Below are positions 1 to 8,772 of a stretch of DNA of 19,928 bases, piece after piece; within the stretch, counting starts at the first letter, position 1; every line of letters starts with the position of its first letter. The position numbers and the translations under genes were made by a program. The stretch comes from Polyangiales bacterium. GTDB taxonomy: Bacteria > Myxococcota_A > Polyangia > Polyangiales > Houyiibacteriaceae. The notes under the pieces were generated by a model. The model had not been told where the DNA came from and made no database searches. It worked only from the letters and a program-made list of their open reading frames with translations. Location: contig JBGCFM010000015.1 of the NCBI GenBank assembly GCA_045106895.1, positions 1-19,928 on the forward strand, in the 5' to 3' direction.

Positions 1-1112
1 CCTTCGCCGTTCCCGCCGCGGCTTTCGATGAGCAGCAAGTACTCGCCGTTGATGGAGTCGTCGCGGTAGAGCGAGCGGTCGACGAAGCGCGCCGGAATCT
101 CGCCCGCGGCCTGGTCCCAAAGAACGACGGGCTCCTGGCCGGTGGGAGGCTGAAGAGCGATCCAGAGGCTTGAAGGGTCGCTGTGCTCGATGTCGAGGGT
201 GATGGCGAAGTCCTCGGGGACCGAAGCCTGGCCGTAGACGACGAGGGGAAGAGCGATGGGCGCGTCGCTAGGGCTCAGAGCCAGAGCGACGTTGGATTCA
301 AAGGAGTCACGCATCCACTCGTCGGCGCAGTAGCCCTGGCCGTAGACGCTGGCGGCGATGCACACGAGGTTCGTATTGCAGTCGGTGTCCACGTCGCAGT
401 CTTCCTGGAAGCCCGGGTAGTTTGTGGTGTCGCGGCACTTTCCGAACTCATGTCCGTAAGGTCGACCTTCGCAGCGAAAGCCGGTCTGGCAGTCTGCGGT
501 GGTGCGGCAGTCGATGTCGCCCGAGCGCGTGTTTTCGCGAAGGGTCTCGAGGGTGCGTGGGCCAACCCAGTAGAGGCTCGCGAGAACCTCCATGCTCTCG
601 ACGGGACGCGCGGCGAGGATGCTGGTGACGGCGCGGGAAGGAACGCCGCCTTCGCGCAGGCCTTCGTTCGACGCCGCATTGACGAATGCAAGAACTGCGT
701 CGGCTTCGCCGTAGGTGAAGGCGACGCCGTCGTAGGTGCCGTGGGGGCTGTCGTCGGTGGGTACGAAGCCGAAGTCCTGCGCGTACTCTTCGAGTCGCCG
801 GAGGGCGCTCGGGCCTACGTAGGAGACGGCGTCGAGGGCGTCGATGCTCTCAAAAGGTCGGTCGTCGTCGGTGCCGGCTTCGGCGTCGGGGCCGTCTCGG
901 CGCGCGATGATGTTGCTGGCCGCGCGCCGGTCGAGGGCGACGTCGACGTCGAGGAGTTCAAAGTCCGTCTCGACGTCGTTGACGAGGGCGAGGACGCCTT
1001 CGGCTTGTCGCTCGCTAAGAGCCTGAGTGGCGGCGGTGTCCGCGGCTTCCGGGCCTTCAGGGGAGAGGGCGCAGCCAGTGAGGGCAACAACAAGAGCGAG
1101 ACGAAGGAACAT
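1..1112 (-). CDS. Lipoprotein with two helix-hairpin-helix (ComEA-like) modules, a Cys-rich segment and a C-terminal proprotein-convertase P-like domain; 3' end runs off the window (alternative ATG at 1136)
   Basis: Hand-translated open frame, absent from the ORF track. It starts MFLRLALVVALTGC (lipobox LTGC). HhH-like motifs: 'FESIDALDAVSYVGPSALRRL' and 'VESMEVLASLYWVGPRTLETL'. Cys repeats: 'CRTTADCQTGLRC' and 'CDVDTDCNTNLVC'. P-domain-like: 'ITLDIEHSDPSSLWIALQPPTG...INGEYLLLI'. Confidence 0.85.
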   Translation of the reverse strand, partial: MFLRLALVVALTGCALSPEGPEAADTAATQALSERQAEGVLALVNDVETDFELLDVDVALDRRAASNIIARRDGPDAEAGTDDDRPFESIDALDAVSYVGPSALRRLEEYAQDFGFVPTDDSPHGTYDGVAFTYGEADAVLAFVNAASNEGLREGGVPSRAVTSILAARPVESMEVLASLYWVGPRTLETLRENTRSGDIDCRTTADCQTGFRCEGRPYGHEFGKCRDTTNYPGFQEDCDVDTDCNTNLVCIAASVYGQGYCADEWMRDSFESNVALALSPSDAPIALPLVVYGQASVPEDFAITLDIEHSDPSSLWIALQPPTGQEPVVLWDQAAGEIPARFVDRSLYRDDSINGEYLLLIESRGGNGE

Positions 1113-1266
1113 GGCGCCGAGTACAGCAAGACTCATGCCTCGGCGATGTCCCCAAAAGAGGCATCAAACCCTATGTTCTGAGCGCTCCCCGCCCAACCAG
1201 GTGGCCACTTCAGAAGCCGGTGCGCGCGCCAAAGAGTGTCTCACCTGAGTGATAGATTTCGCCCCC

Positions 1267-1887
1267 ATGACGACACGCCTCTACTACGCCCCTCGCACGC
1301 GCGCCTTTACCGCTCTTTGGCTCCTCGAAGAGCTCGGTCAGCCGTATGAGCTGGAGTCCTTCGCGATTGCCAGTGGCCGCCACAAGAAGGACGACTACTT
1401 GGCCCTAAACCCCATGGGCAAAGTGCCTCTTGTGGTCCACGACGATGTGCCCGTGTCCGAAACCGGCGCCATCGCACTTTACCTTGCCGACCGGATGGGC
1501 AGCGAGCTTGCCCCCAAGTTGGACGACGCCGCGCGTCCCGCGTTTCTTCGCTGGATGTTCTTTGCCGGCAGCGTGACGGAGCCTGCTTTTGGCGAGAAGT
1601 TCTTCAAGTGGGACGTCCCCGCGAGCTCCGTCGCTTGGGGCAGTTTTGCTGACATGGAGCGAATGCTCACGGACGGCATCACGCCTGGTCCGTGGCTCCT
1701 CGGCGAGCGTTTCTCCGTCGCCGACATCGTCGTCGGCGCTTCTGCGCGTTTTGGTGTGATGTTTGGCGCCTTTGAAAAAGAGGGGCCCATCGCGGACTAC
1801 GTGGCGCGGCTCTCCGCGCGTGACGCGTTCAAGCGTGCGGAGGTCATCGAAGCGCGCGAGAGCGAGCGCTTCCCACCCAAGAAATAG
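1267..1887 (+). CDS. Glutathione S-transferase family protein
   Basis: MTTRLYYAPRTRA N-terminus, 'LNPMGKVP' and 'SETGAIALYL' GST N-domain motifs, 'WLLGERFSVADI' C-domain motif. ATG 1267 preferred over GTG 1249. Confidence 0.93.
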   Translation: MTTRLYYAPRTRAFTALWLLEELGQPYELESFAIASGRHKKDDYLALNPMGKVPLVVHDDVPVSETGAIALYLADRMGSELAPKLDDAARPAFLRWMFFAGSVTEPAFGEKFFKWDVPASSVAWGSFADMERMLTDGITPGPWLLGERFSVADIVVGASARFGVMFGAFEKEGPIADYVARLSARDAFKRAEVIEARESERFPPKK

Positions 1888-1899
1888 CGCCTGACGAGC

Positions 1900-2400
1900 T
1901 CAGGGAGCGGCTTCGTCGAGAACGCGAACGCCCCCGTGGGCAACCTCGATGGTGTTCTCGCGGGTTTCGATGCCGACGGCGGCGTCTCGCTGGGAAATGA
2001 TGGAATAGCGCTGCGCCATATGCATCGCGCGGCCACCGTTTTCTCCCACGTTGAGCACCTCGCCGGAGCGGCCCGCCTGGATGCCCCAACCCGCGTCATC
2101 GTCCACGCGGATCTCCACCTCCAGAATGAACTCTCCGCCTTCATCGGACGTGGTCGTCGTGATGTGAACGAGCAGCGAGCCGCCGCCTGGAAGCGGAACC
2201 GTGTCCGCACGAAGCACGGGCTCGTTGAGCGTCGCGACGGTCACTTTGGCTGGCAGCAGCGAGCGCAGATCGTCGTTGAGGAGAAGAGGGAACGCCTCTG
2301 TTCGTTCGCCGCCGGAGCAAGCGAAGAAGAGCGCACATAGACACAGCGCACGTAAACACAGCGCGGCCTGGAACGAACTGCGCTGGAAGAGAGACCTCAT
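1900..2400 (-). CDS. Hypothetical lipoprotein (beta-rich)
   Basis: ATG 2400 overlaps the upstream stop (ATGA). Signal peptide ends 'ALFFAC'; stop at 1900. Confidence 0.7.
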   Translation of the reverse strand: MRSLFQRSSFQAALCLRALCLCALFFACSGGERTEAFPLLLNDDLRSLLPAKVTVATLNEPVLRADTVPLPGGGSLLVHITTTTSDEGGEFILEVEIRVDDDAGWGIQAGRSGEVLNVGENGGRAMHMAQRYSIISQRDAAVGIETRENTIEVAHGGVRVLDEAAP

Positions 2401-3479
2401 CGTTCGCCCGGACACTGAACTGAAGGCTCGGCCCAACCAAAGACCATCCGGTAGATGTCGTTCCCCTCAGGAGCTTCTGCTTGTTGCCATGACGCGCCGT
2501 TGTCGTCGCTGTAGTAGAAGACGTCGCCGTTGCGACTCGCCGCTGCGATAGTGCCTTCGCCGGAGTCCGCGACGAGCTCAAAGCGTGCGCCGCTTGCGAG
2601 GGTCTCGCTTGTCCAAGAAAGGCCGTCCGAGGAGCGGTGGAGTTGGTCGCCGGAGCCCACCCAGAACTCGCCGCCCACGTAGGCGCCGACGCCGCTGATG
2701 TTCGCGCCGATGCTGCCAGCGCCGAGGTCTGCGCCGGTGTTTCGGTCCACGGCGCAGGTGCTTCCATCGCTCCCAAAAGAGACCACGCGGCCCGGGCTCG
2801 CCGCGAAGCCGCCGCTGACGCCAATGCTCTCGTGACGGGTGCCGTTGCAGCTAGCGAGATTCTCCCAGCCTTCGCCTCGGTTGAACTCGACGTTGCCATC
2901 GGCGCCGCTGATCCAGATGCCCGGGTAGACAGCGCCATCACGGTTGAGGTCAGAGAAGGGCGCTCCTTCGCGAACTCCCCACTCAACGCCGTCGTTCGAC
3001 TCGTAGATGCTGATGTCCGAGAGGATCAGCCAGCGATCGTCGTAGCCCACGGAGGTCGCGCTGCGATCGGCGAACTGCACGCTCGTCCAAGTAAGGCCGT
3101 CGCGGCTGGTGTGTACGTTGCCGGTGGAGCCCCAGCCCGTCATGCGCACGAAGACGCCGTCGTGGTAGGCGAGGCTCTTCGGTGTGTAGCTTTGGTGCCA
3201 GTCGTCCTCCGAGGACACGGACGTATCGTTGATCCAAGTACGTCCCATGTCGCAGCTGGCGATGTGCCGACCGCCCCAGCCCATGGCGACGAAGACGGGC
3301 ACGCGTCCCGAACCGACGTCGGGGCGGGCAGCGTCGAAGGGAGGCGCGTCCGTTGCGCTGTCGGCGACGGCGCTGTCGGAACCGGACGAGGCCGCGTCTC
3401 GACCGGAGTCGACGGTGGAGTCGTCACCGCAGCCGATTGCTAGGAGCAAGGCGAGCGGGAGTAAGGCTGAGCGGCGCAT
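2397..3479 (-). CDS. Lipoprotein with BNR/Asp-box repeats (sialidase-like beta-propeller)
   Basis: Lipobox 'LAIGC' followed by a GDD/DSG/DAA linker. Asp boxes: SCDMGRTW, SRDGLTW, SNDGVEW, SSDGLSW, SDDNGASW. Confidence 0.85.
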   Translation of the reverse strand: MRRSALLPLALLLAIGCGDDSTVDSGRDAASSGSDSAVADSATDAPPFDAARPDVGSGRVPVFVAMGWGGRHIASCDMGRTWINDTSVSSEDDWHQSYTPKSLAYHDGVFVRMTGWGSTGNVHTSRDGLTWTSVQFADRSATSVGYDDRWLILSDISIYESNDGVEWGVREGAPFSDLNRDGAVYPGIWISGADGNVEFNRGEGWENLASCNGTRHESIGVSGGFAASPGRVVSFGSDGSTCAVDRNTGADLGAGSIGANISGVGAYVGGEFWVGSGDQLHRSSDGLSWTSETLASGARFELVADSGEGTIAAASRNGDVFYYSDDNGASWQQAEAPEGNDIYRMVFGWAEPSVQCPGER

Positions 3480-3548
3480 GGGGCGGAGCTATAGGGGGGG
3501 AGCCTAGGGCTGTCCAACAGTGCTTGTTCTGCGCCAACGGAGAACAAG

Positions 3549-4193
3549 CTACTGGGCGAGAAGGCCTAATCCCCCAGCTGTCGAAATCCGAATCCGATGA
3601 GGATTCCGTATTGCACCGTGTGACGAATCGGGTGATTGCTCCGCAAGAAGGGCTCGACTTAGGAACGCATACTCGTAGGCGCCGAAAACGCGCATTGTGA
3701 ATGCTGTGCCGCGACCGAAGAAAAAGTCGAACGCGAGGCCAGCTTGGACCGAGTGCGTCAGCTGATAGATGTCGGTCCCATCGTCTTGTTCTGGACGACC
3801 CGCGAAGCGATACCCCAGCAGCGGAACGGCGTAGGTGGAGCGGAGGGCACCTTCTTCACCACCGCTCATGTTGAACGCGTAGCCTCCACGAAGTGCGATG
3901 CTCCCGCCGGGAGCTTCGGTCCACATAAAGGTGGCACTCGACTCGATCGTCCAGCCGCCGCCGAATACCGCCGCGACTTCTGCTGTGAAAAGGTCCAGCG
4001 TTAGGATCCGATTACGCTTATGAATCCCCCACTGGGTGAACTCCAGCTGGAGTGGCAAAGTAGAAAAGCGAAAGCTGAGTCGGTCGAACTTGACCGATGA
4101 GTTCGGTTCCGGAGCAGGTTGTTCCGAAGCGGGCTGCTCTATTGGCGCCGCTTCTTCCGCCGATGCGCTGGAGGCGAACCCAAGCACTGCCAA
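3549..4193 (-). CDS. Secreted hypothetical protein, probable small outer-membrane beta-barrel; true start uncertain (possibly 4222)
   Basis: Signal-peptide-like 'LAVLGFASSASA|EE', Pro-rich linker, amphipathic aromatic strands (LRGGYAF, PLLGYRF, AGLAFDFFF, VFGAYEYAF). Confidence 0.7.
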   Translation of the reverse strand: MAVLGFASSASAEEAAPIEQPASEQPAPEPNSSVKFDRLSFRFSTLPLQLEFTQWGIHKRNRILTLDLFTAEVAAVFGGGWTIESSATFMWTEAPGGSIALRGGYAFNMSGGEEGALRSTYAVPLLGYRFAGRPEQDDGTDIYQLTHSVQAGLAFDFFFGRGTAFTMRVFGAYEYAFLSRALLAEQSPDSSHGAIRNPHRIRISTAGGLGLLAQ

Positions 4194-4226
4194 ACCCAGC
4201 CAAAGTACGTGTCGTACCCCATGCTT

Positions 4227-4916
4227 CTACGATGAACGCTTGAGCGCGAAGACGCCAAGCCCATTCCACCAGCCGTCCTGCTTTCCGTTCTCGCCGGGCA
4301 GGTACTTCGACCACGTCGCTTTGAAGTTCATCGTGTCGATGGCGTCTTCGGTGGCGCGACGAATCTCTGGATCGTTGTAGTCGTCGACGAGGAGAATGCA
4401 CTCATCGGCAAGCAGGTTCTCCGCCCACTCAATGTGGTTTCGTGTTCCAAGGTAGGTGTGGTCGCCATCGTAGAAGTAGACGCCTACGTTGGACGGAACG
4501 AGCTTGTCGCGGAAGAGCTTCTCCGACGGCATGTTGTGAAAGGTGACCTCGGCGCTCTCCGGCGCGTAGCGCGCGAGGTTGTCGTGGAGCGCTCTCTTCG
4601 CTTTGAAGCCCCAGCCCGTGTGGTGTCCGTAGAAGCGGAACTTGTCGCAGGCGACAAGCTTCTTGCCTGCGTTGCCGTACGCCGCGGAGCAGAGCGTCAG
4701 GCCTTTCCAGGTTCCGATCTCGAGATACGTCTCGTCCTCGTCCATGGAGGCGACGAGCTGGTTGAGGAAGTTGCACACGCGCGGCGTCGACATGCCTTCG
4801 ACGTCCACGAGGTGTTGCGCGTCGTTGTAGTTGTTGTTGGATTGGAGGAGTTGTTCTGCTCGGTTCATGCGATGCGCATTCGCAAGGAGCAGGCCAGCAA
4901 AGGCCGTGCTCAGCAC
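4227..4916 (-). CDS. Class I SAM-dependent methyltransferase (Methyltransf_24-like); alternative start ATG 4868
   Basis: 'YLEIGTWKG' motif I, 'FYDGDHTY' and 'LLVDDYN' motifs typical of this family; C-terminal WWNGLGV. Confidence 0.88.
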   Translation of the reverse strand: MLSTAFAGLLLANAHRMNRAEQLLQSNNNYNDAQHLVDVEGMSTPRVCNFLNQLVASMDEDETYLEIGTWKGLTLCSAAYGNAGKKLVACDKFRFYGHHTGWGFKAKRALHDNLARYAPESAEVTFHNMPSEKLFRDKLVPSNVGVYFYDGDHTYLGTRNHIEWAENLLADECILLVDDYNDPEIRRATEDAIDTMNFKATWSKYLPGENGKQDGWWNGLGVFALKRSS

Positions 4917-4934
4917 GCTAGGCGTTCGTACTTT

Positions 4935-4954
4935 AAAACCGGCTGGCCGGTTTT
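4935..4954. promoter_or_regulatory. Perfect 9-bp inverted repeat AAAACCGGC-TG-GCCGGTTTT (operator or bidirectional terminator)
   Basis: Read directly; abuts a minus-strand TAAAGT (-10-like, 4935-4930) upstream of the methyltransferase. Confidence 0.5.
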
Positions 4955-4986
4955 CAGTGCCGCACCGCTCGCACGCTGAGTGTGAA

Positions 4987-5004
4987 TGCGAAGCACACTT
5001 CGCA
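4987..5004 (-). terminator. Hairpin TGCGAAG-N4-CTTCGCA just downstream of the GT4 stop
   Basis: Perfect 7-bp stem with a 4-nt loop, 10 nt after the stop at 5015; U-tract is weak. Confidence 0.35.
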
Positions 5005-5014
5005 CCTCAAAATC

Positions 5015-6091
5015 TCAGGCGAGGGCCATCGCGTAGGCACGCGCGACCTGCTCGGCGGCGTGGTCCCAGGAGAAGCGTGCGGCTTGCTCGGGCCCGAGAC
5101 GTTTCCAGTCGGAGTCGTCGTCCTCAAGGGTTCGGATCGCGTTCGCGAGTGAGCGCCAGTCGCCGGCTTTGCTGTGCAGTCCGGCGCCTCCGAGGACTTC
5201 GACGAGCGGCGCAATGTCGCTGGCGATGACAGGCGTACCGCACGCGAGCGCCTCGAGTGCGGGCATGCCGAAACCCTCCGCCAAGGACGGCTGTAGCAGC
5301 GCCTTTGCGGACTGGAGCAAGCGCAGGTACTCGTCCTCGCTCGTCTCCGGCATGAAGTGCACACGCTCGCCAACGCCAAGTTCGTCCGCCAGCGCCTTGA
5401 GCTCGCCTCCGGGACGAACGCGCTGAAGGTAGACGAGGTGGGAGTCTTTAGGCGCCGCCTCCGCGAAGGCCCGGAGCGCCAGGGGGTGGCCTTTGCTCGG
5501 CTGGTTTTGACCAACGAGGAGGTAGTAGGGCGCGTCGAAGCCGACGAGCGTTGAGATCTCGCTGTCCGGGTCTGCCCTCGGCGTAAAGCGCGCGTCGGCG
5601 GCGTTGGGGGAGACCACGATGCGGCCCTTGAGCGATGGGAAGCGCCGCACAATATCGGCGGCGGACGCTTCGCTGACCGTCAAGACCACACGCGACTGGG
5701 CGAGCGCGTGGCGAATGCCTCCGCCGAAAAACAGAGTGCGAATGGGCCTGAGCCAGGGGGACGACTCGCAGTACTCGGGATGGGAAAGCCACATCAGGTC
5801 GTGCACTGTCGTGACGGCGCGACAGGGCAAGCCAAGGCCTAGGATGTTGTGCGGCGAATGGAAAAGCGACGCCTCTTCCAAGGAGCCGAGCGTGCGCGGA
5901 AGCGCCAAGGAGCGCGGTCCGTTCGGGTGCACGGCGACGGCTTCGTACTCGACGTTGGGCGCATCGACACGAAGCTCAGGCGGGGCCTCTGGGTGCGTCC
6001 AGAAACGAAAGCGCCAGTCGGGCCGTAACGTAGGAAGACGCGTCGCGATGGCCAGGACGTGCCGCCCAATGCCGCTTTGACGACGCGACAC
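5015..6091 (-). CDS. Glycosyltransferase family 4 (MtfB/WbpY-like); homology extends upstream of GTG 6091
   Basis: 'SGIGRH', 'VTTVHDL', 'VLTVSEAS' and 'PSLAEGFGMPALEALACGTPVIASD' (EX7E motif). Confidence 0.93.
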   Translation of the reverse strand: MSRRQSGIGRHVLAIATRLPTLRPDWRFRFWTHPEAPPELRVDAPNVEYEAVAVHPNGPRSLALPRTLGSLEEASLFHSPHNILGLGLPCRAVTTVHDLMWLSHPEYCESSPWLRPIRTLFFGGGIRHALAQSRVVLTVSEASAADIVRRFPSLKGRIVVSPNAADARFTPRADPDSEISTLVGFDAPYYLLVGQNQPSKGHPLALRAFAEAAPKDSHLVYLQRVRPGGELKALADELGVGERVHFMPETSEDEYLRLLQSAKALLQPSLAEGFGMPALEALACGTPVIASDIAPLVEVLGGAGLHSKAGDWRSLANAIRTLEDDDSDWKRLGPEQAARFSWDHAAEQVARAYAMALA

Positions 6092-6201
6092 ATAGCGGGC
6101 GTCAACAACGATGAGCGGTGAGGTCTCACGCGGCGATAGGAGGCGGAGGACGATCCTTCAAGTCGATCGCCCTCACAACCTCTATGTCACTCGAGCTGTG
6201 A

Positions 6202-8598
6202 CTAAAGCAGCCCAGGGCACATGTCCGTGGCCACCGCCGAGTTGTCGTCTTCCACGCATTCGATGGCGTCGCCGGTTTCCGGTGCCACCGCAGGGTCGAT
6301 GCGTACCTCGAACATCAGGTCCACGTCGGTGGGGACGTCCATCGCAGTGACGGTCACACGTTCGCGGCCACCTGGAAGGAGGGGACCAGTGGTCACCGCC
6401 GTACCGATGAGAACCTCGGGGTCCACGTCGGTTCGCCAGAACTCCACGCTGATGCCCGCCGGGACGCCGCGGCTGCCTTGGTTGCGCACAATCGCGGAGA
6501 GGCGGATGGCGCCGGCGGAGCACTCACCTGCGGCTTCCAGCTCCGCCTGAAGGTTCGGCGCGTTGAAGATGCCTTCGCCCTGAACGTTCTGGCGGTAGTT
6601 GTTCAAACCTGGCGTCGTCCAGTTGTCCGCCTCCATGGCGGGCACCTCACCGAAGTCGGAGGTGTTTGTCACGTGGTAGCTGTACTGATTCCAGATGGGC
6701 CGCGTTGGCACCCAGCTGTCGAAGGCGTCGCCGTAGACGAAGACGCCGGCGGTGCCCGCAGCGTACTCCGGCGGCAGGTCTGCGATTTCCACGCCGAAGG
6801 TCTCCGAGTAGGCCGCCGGGCAGAAGTCTCGAATGACGGCCTGGTCGTTGTTGGCGACGACGACGATCTCCGAGTTTCCGTCCGCGTCCACGTCGACGAC
6901 GATGGGGTACTCGAAGCCGGTGCGTGAGCTGTTGGGGATAGGATCCATCAAGAGCTCCGTGCCGTCTCGCCCGTCGTAGATGTGCAAGAAGCACTCGTCG
7001 TTGTAGACGACCTCGGCGATGCCGTCGCCTTGGAAGTCGAAGACACTGGAGCCCGTCACCGACGAGCTGATGTCTTGGGTGGGGGTCTGCCAGCGGATGA
7101 ACTCGGTCCCGGCGCAAGCGTCGCCGCCTTCGCCGTCTTCGCGCATCGGCGTCTCGAAACAGTCGGGGTCGTAGACAACGTAGTTGCCGCGTCCTGCCGT
7201 GGCGATCTCCGGGAGGCCGTCGCCATCGAAGTCCGCGACCGTGGGCGAGCCGCCGGTACCGCCACCGGGGATCGCGAACTCCGCGTCGTGCCACGCGCCA
7301 CCAGGCCCAATGAGCATGGCTCCGGTAGCACCGGACTTCACGCTGACGGTGCCGGCGCCGACGATGATGACTTCCGGCGTGCCGTCTGCGTCGAGGTCGG
7401 CGATGGCGACGAGGCCGCCGCCTTCCGTATTCCATAGCTCGGTGCCGTCATGGTTGAGGGCGATGTTGCCATTCGTAAGCTCAACCTGGCCATCTCCGTC
7501 GAGGTCCGCGACCACCGGCGACTCCCAGCCGCTCATGGGGCAGGAACCAGCGTCGATGATGTCCATCGCCGGGTTGGTGATGTCGCGACCGTCGTAGACG
7601 CGGCAACCCACGACAACGTCAGGCGTGCCGTCTTGGTTGAAGTCCGCGAACTCGATGTTTCCGCGCAGGTTGTCGCCGTCGCGTCGGGCGAGCTCCGTGA
7701 CGCCATCACCATCCATCATGCGGATGCCGCCGCCGTCGATGCGGTAGACGAACTCGAGGGCTTCGTCGTCGTCGAAGTTGGCGAGGGCCACTCCTTCACT
7801 GTCCGGCGGCGCGACGGAGCGGTCGATGGTGAAGAGGGGCTCCCCCGTGTCGCCGCTGAGGCCTACGATGACCGGCAGCGTCCAGTTGGTGCCCGTGTAG
7901 AAGGGCACGACGACGTCCGGGATGCCATCGCCGGAGACATCGCCGACGACGGGGGAGTTGATGACCTGGTTGTAGAGCGAGCCGCCCACCATCACGCCTT
8001 CAAAGTGCCATTCTTCGGTGACGGCGATCTCTTCGAACTCCGGCCGAACTTCGCACATGTCCCCGCCGGCGCCGGTTGGCAGGCAGCTGCCAATCGTCGG
8101 TTCGCAGTAGAGCGAAGGGTCTCGGCAGTCGAAGTCGTTGGCGCACTCGATGCCCGGCGTAATGCAAGCGTCGGCGACGCAGACGTCTCCTTCGGGGCAG
8201 CAGAGGTTTGAGTCCGCACCACAGAGGGTCTCCTCCGGCGCGCAGTCCGCCGCACAGACGACTCCGTCGAGGCAGATGTCGCCGGCGTCACAGCAGAGGA
8301 TGCCGTTGTCGCCGCAGCGTGTCGTCTCGCAGATGGGCAGGCACTGGAATCCGTCGACGCATTCTTCGCCGTCGTTGCAGCACATCGCGCCACAGAGGTT
8401 CTCTTCTTGGCAGAGCCCGGCGTCGGTCCTTGGGGGGCCGGCGTCGGGAATCGCCGCGTCCATCGGCACCACACACATATTGTCCACACATAGGGAGCCC
8501 AACACGCAGTCCGTGTCATTGGTGCATTCCAGCATCATGGGGTCTTCCTCGCAGGAACAGGCGACGAGGAGTGTCAAAGCGACAAGGCGGAAGTTCAT
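6202..8598 (-). CDS. Large surface lipoprotein: Cys-rich repeats + FG-GAP/VCBS Ca-binding beta-propeller + C-terminal CARDB-like Ig domain
   Basis: Lipobox 'LLVAC'; CC-x-GxxC repeats; eight DxDxDG-type loops (DVSGDG, NFDDDE, DFNQDG, DLDGDG, DLDADG, DFDGDG, DFQGDG, DVDADG); 'VRNQGSRGVPAG...VEDDN' CARDB-like end. Confidence 0.88.
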   Translation of the reverse strand: MNFRLVALTLLVACSCEEDPMMLECTNDTDCVLGSLCVDNMCVVPMDAAIPDAGPPRTDAGLCQEENLCGAMCCNDGEECVDGFQCLPICETTRCGDNGILCCDAGDICLDGVVCAADCAPEETLCGADSNLCCPEGDVCVADACITPGIECANDFDCRDPSLYCEPTIGSCLPTGAGGDMCEVRPEFEEIAVTEEWHFEGVMVGGSLYNQVINSPVVGDVSGDGIPDVVVPFYTGTNWTLPVIVGLSGDTGEPLFTIDRSVAPPDSEGVALANFDDDEALEFVYRIDGGGIRMMDGDGVTELARRDGDNLRGNIEFADFNQDGTPDVVVGCRVYDGRDITNPAMDIIDAGSCPMSGWESPVVADLDGDGQVELTNGNIALNHDGTELWNTEGGGLVAIADLDADGTPEVIIVGAGTVSVKSGATGAMLIGPGGAWHDAEFAIPGGGTGGSPTVADFDGDGLPEIATAGRGNYVVYDPDCFETPMREDGEGGDACAGTEFIRWQTPTQDISSSVTGSSVFDFQGDGIAEVVYNDECFLHIYDGRDGTELLMDPIPNSSRTGFEYPIVVDVDADGNSEIVVVANNDQAVIRDFCPAAYSETFGVEIADLPPEYAAGTAGVFVYGDAFDSWVPTRPIWNQYSYHVTNTSDFGEVPAMEADNWTTPGLNNYRQNVQGEGIFNAPNLQAELEAAGECSAGAIRLSAIVRNQGSRGVPAGISVEFWRTDVDPEVLIGTAVTTGPLLPGGRERVTVTAMDVPTDVDLMFEVRIDPAVAPETGDAIECVEDDNSAVATDMCPGLL

Positions 8599-8685
8599 GT
8601 CTCCATCATACATGGTACGGCGCGCTTCGCCCGAAGCAGATGTGCTCTCTCCCGCTTCGGCGTCTCCAGGGCGTCGAACCGGTGC

Positions 8686-8772
8686 AATCCGCTCTTCTTC
8701 AAAGACAACAACCGGATGCTCTTCGGCGACGCCAAGAAGAGCGTCGACGCGCTCTTGGCGGAGCTGAAGTAA
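8686..8772 (+). pseudogene. pntB: Orphan 3' fragment of NAD(P) transhydrogenase subunit beta
   Basis: Translates NPLFFKDNNRMLFGDAKKSVDALLAELK*, matching the conserved PntB C-terminus (NPLF...MLFGDAK). There is no in-frame ATG/GTG/TTG between 8599 and 8686, and no room for the rest of the gene. Confidence 0.85.

Noticed and set aside
183..1181. 332-aa plus-strand ORF
   Set aside because: Antisense shadow of the minus-strand lipoprotein, which has a lipobox and recognisable domains.
3494..3500. G7 tract next to a putative -10 as a phase-variation site
   Set aside because: Too short to be meaningful in GC-rich DNA without read-level heterogeneity.
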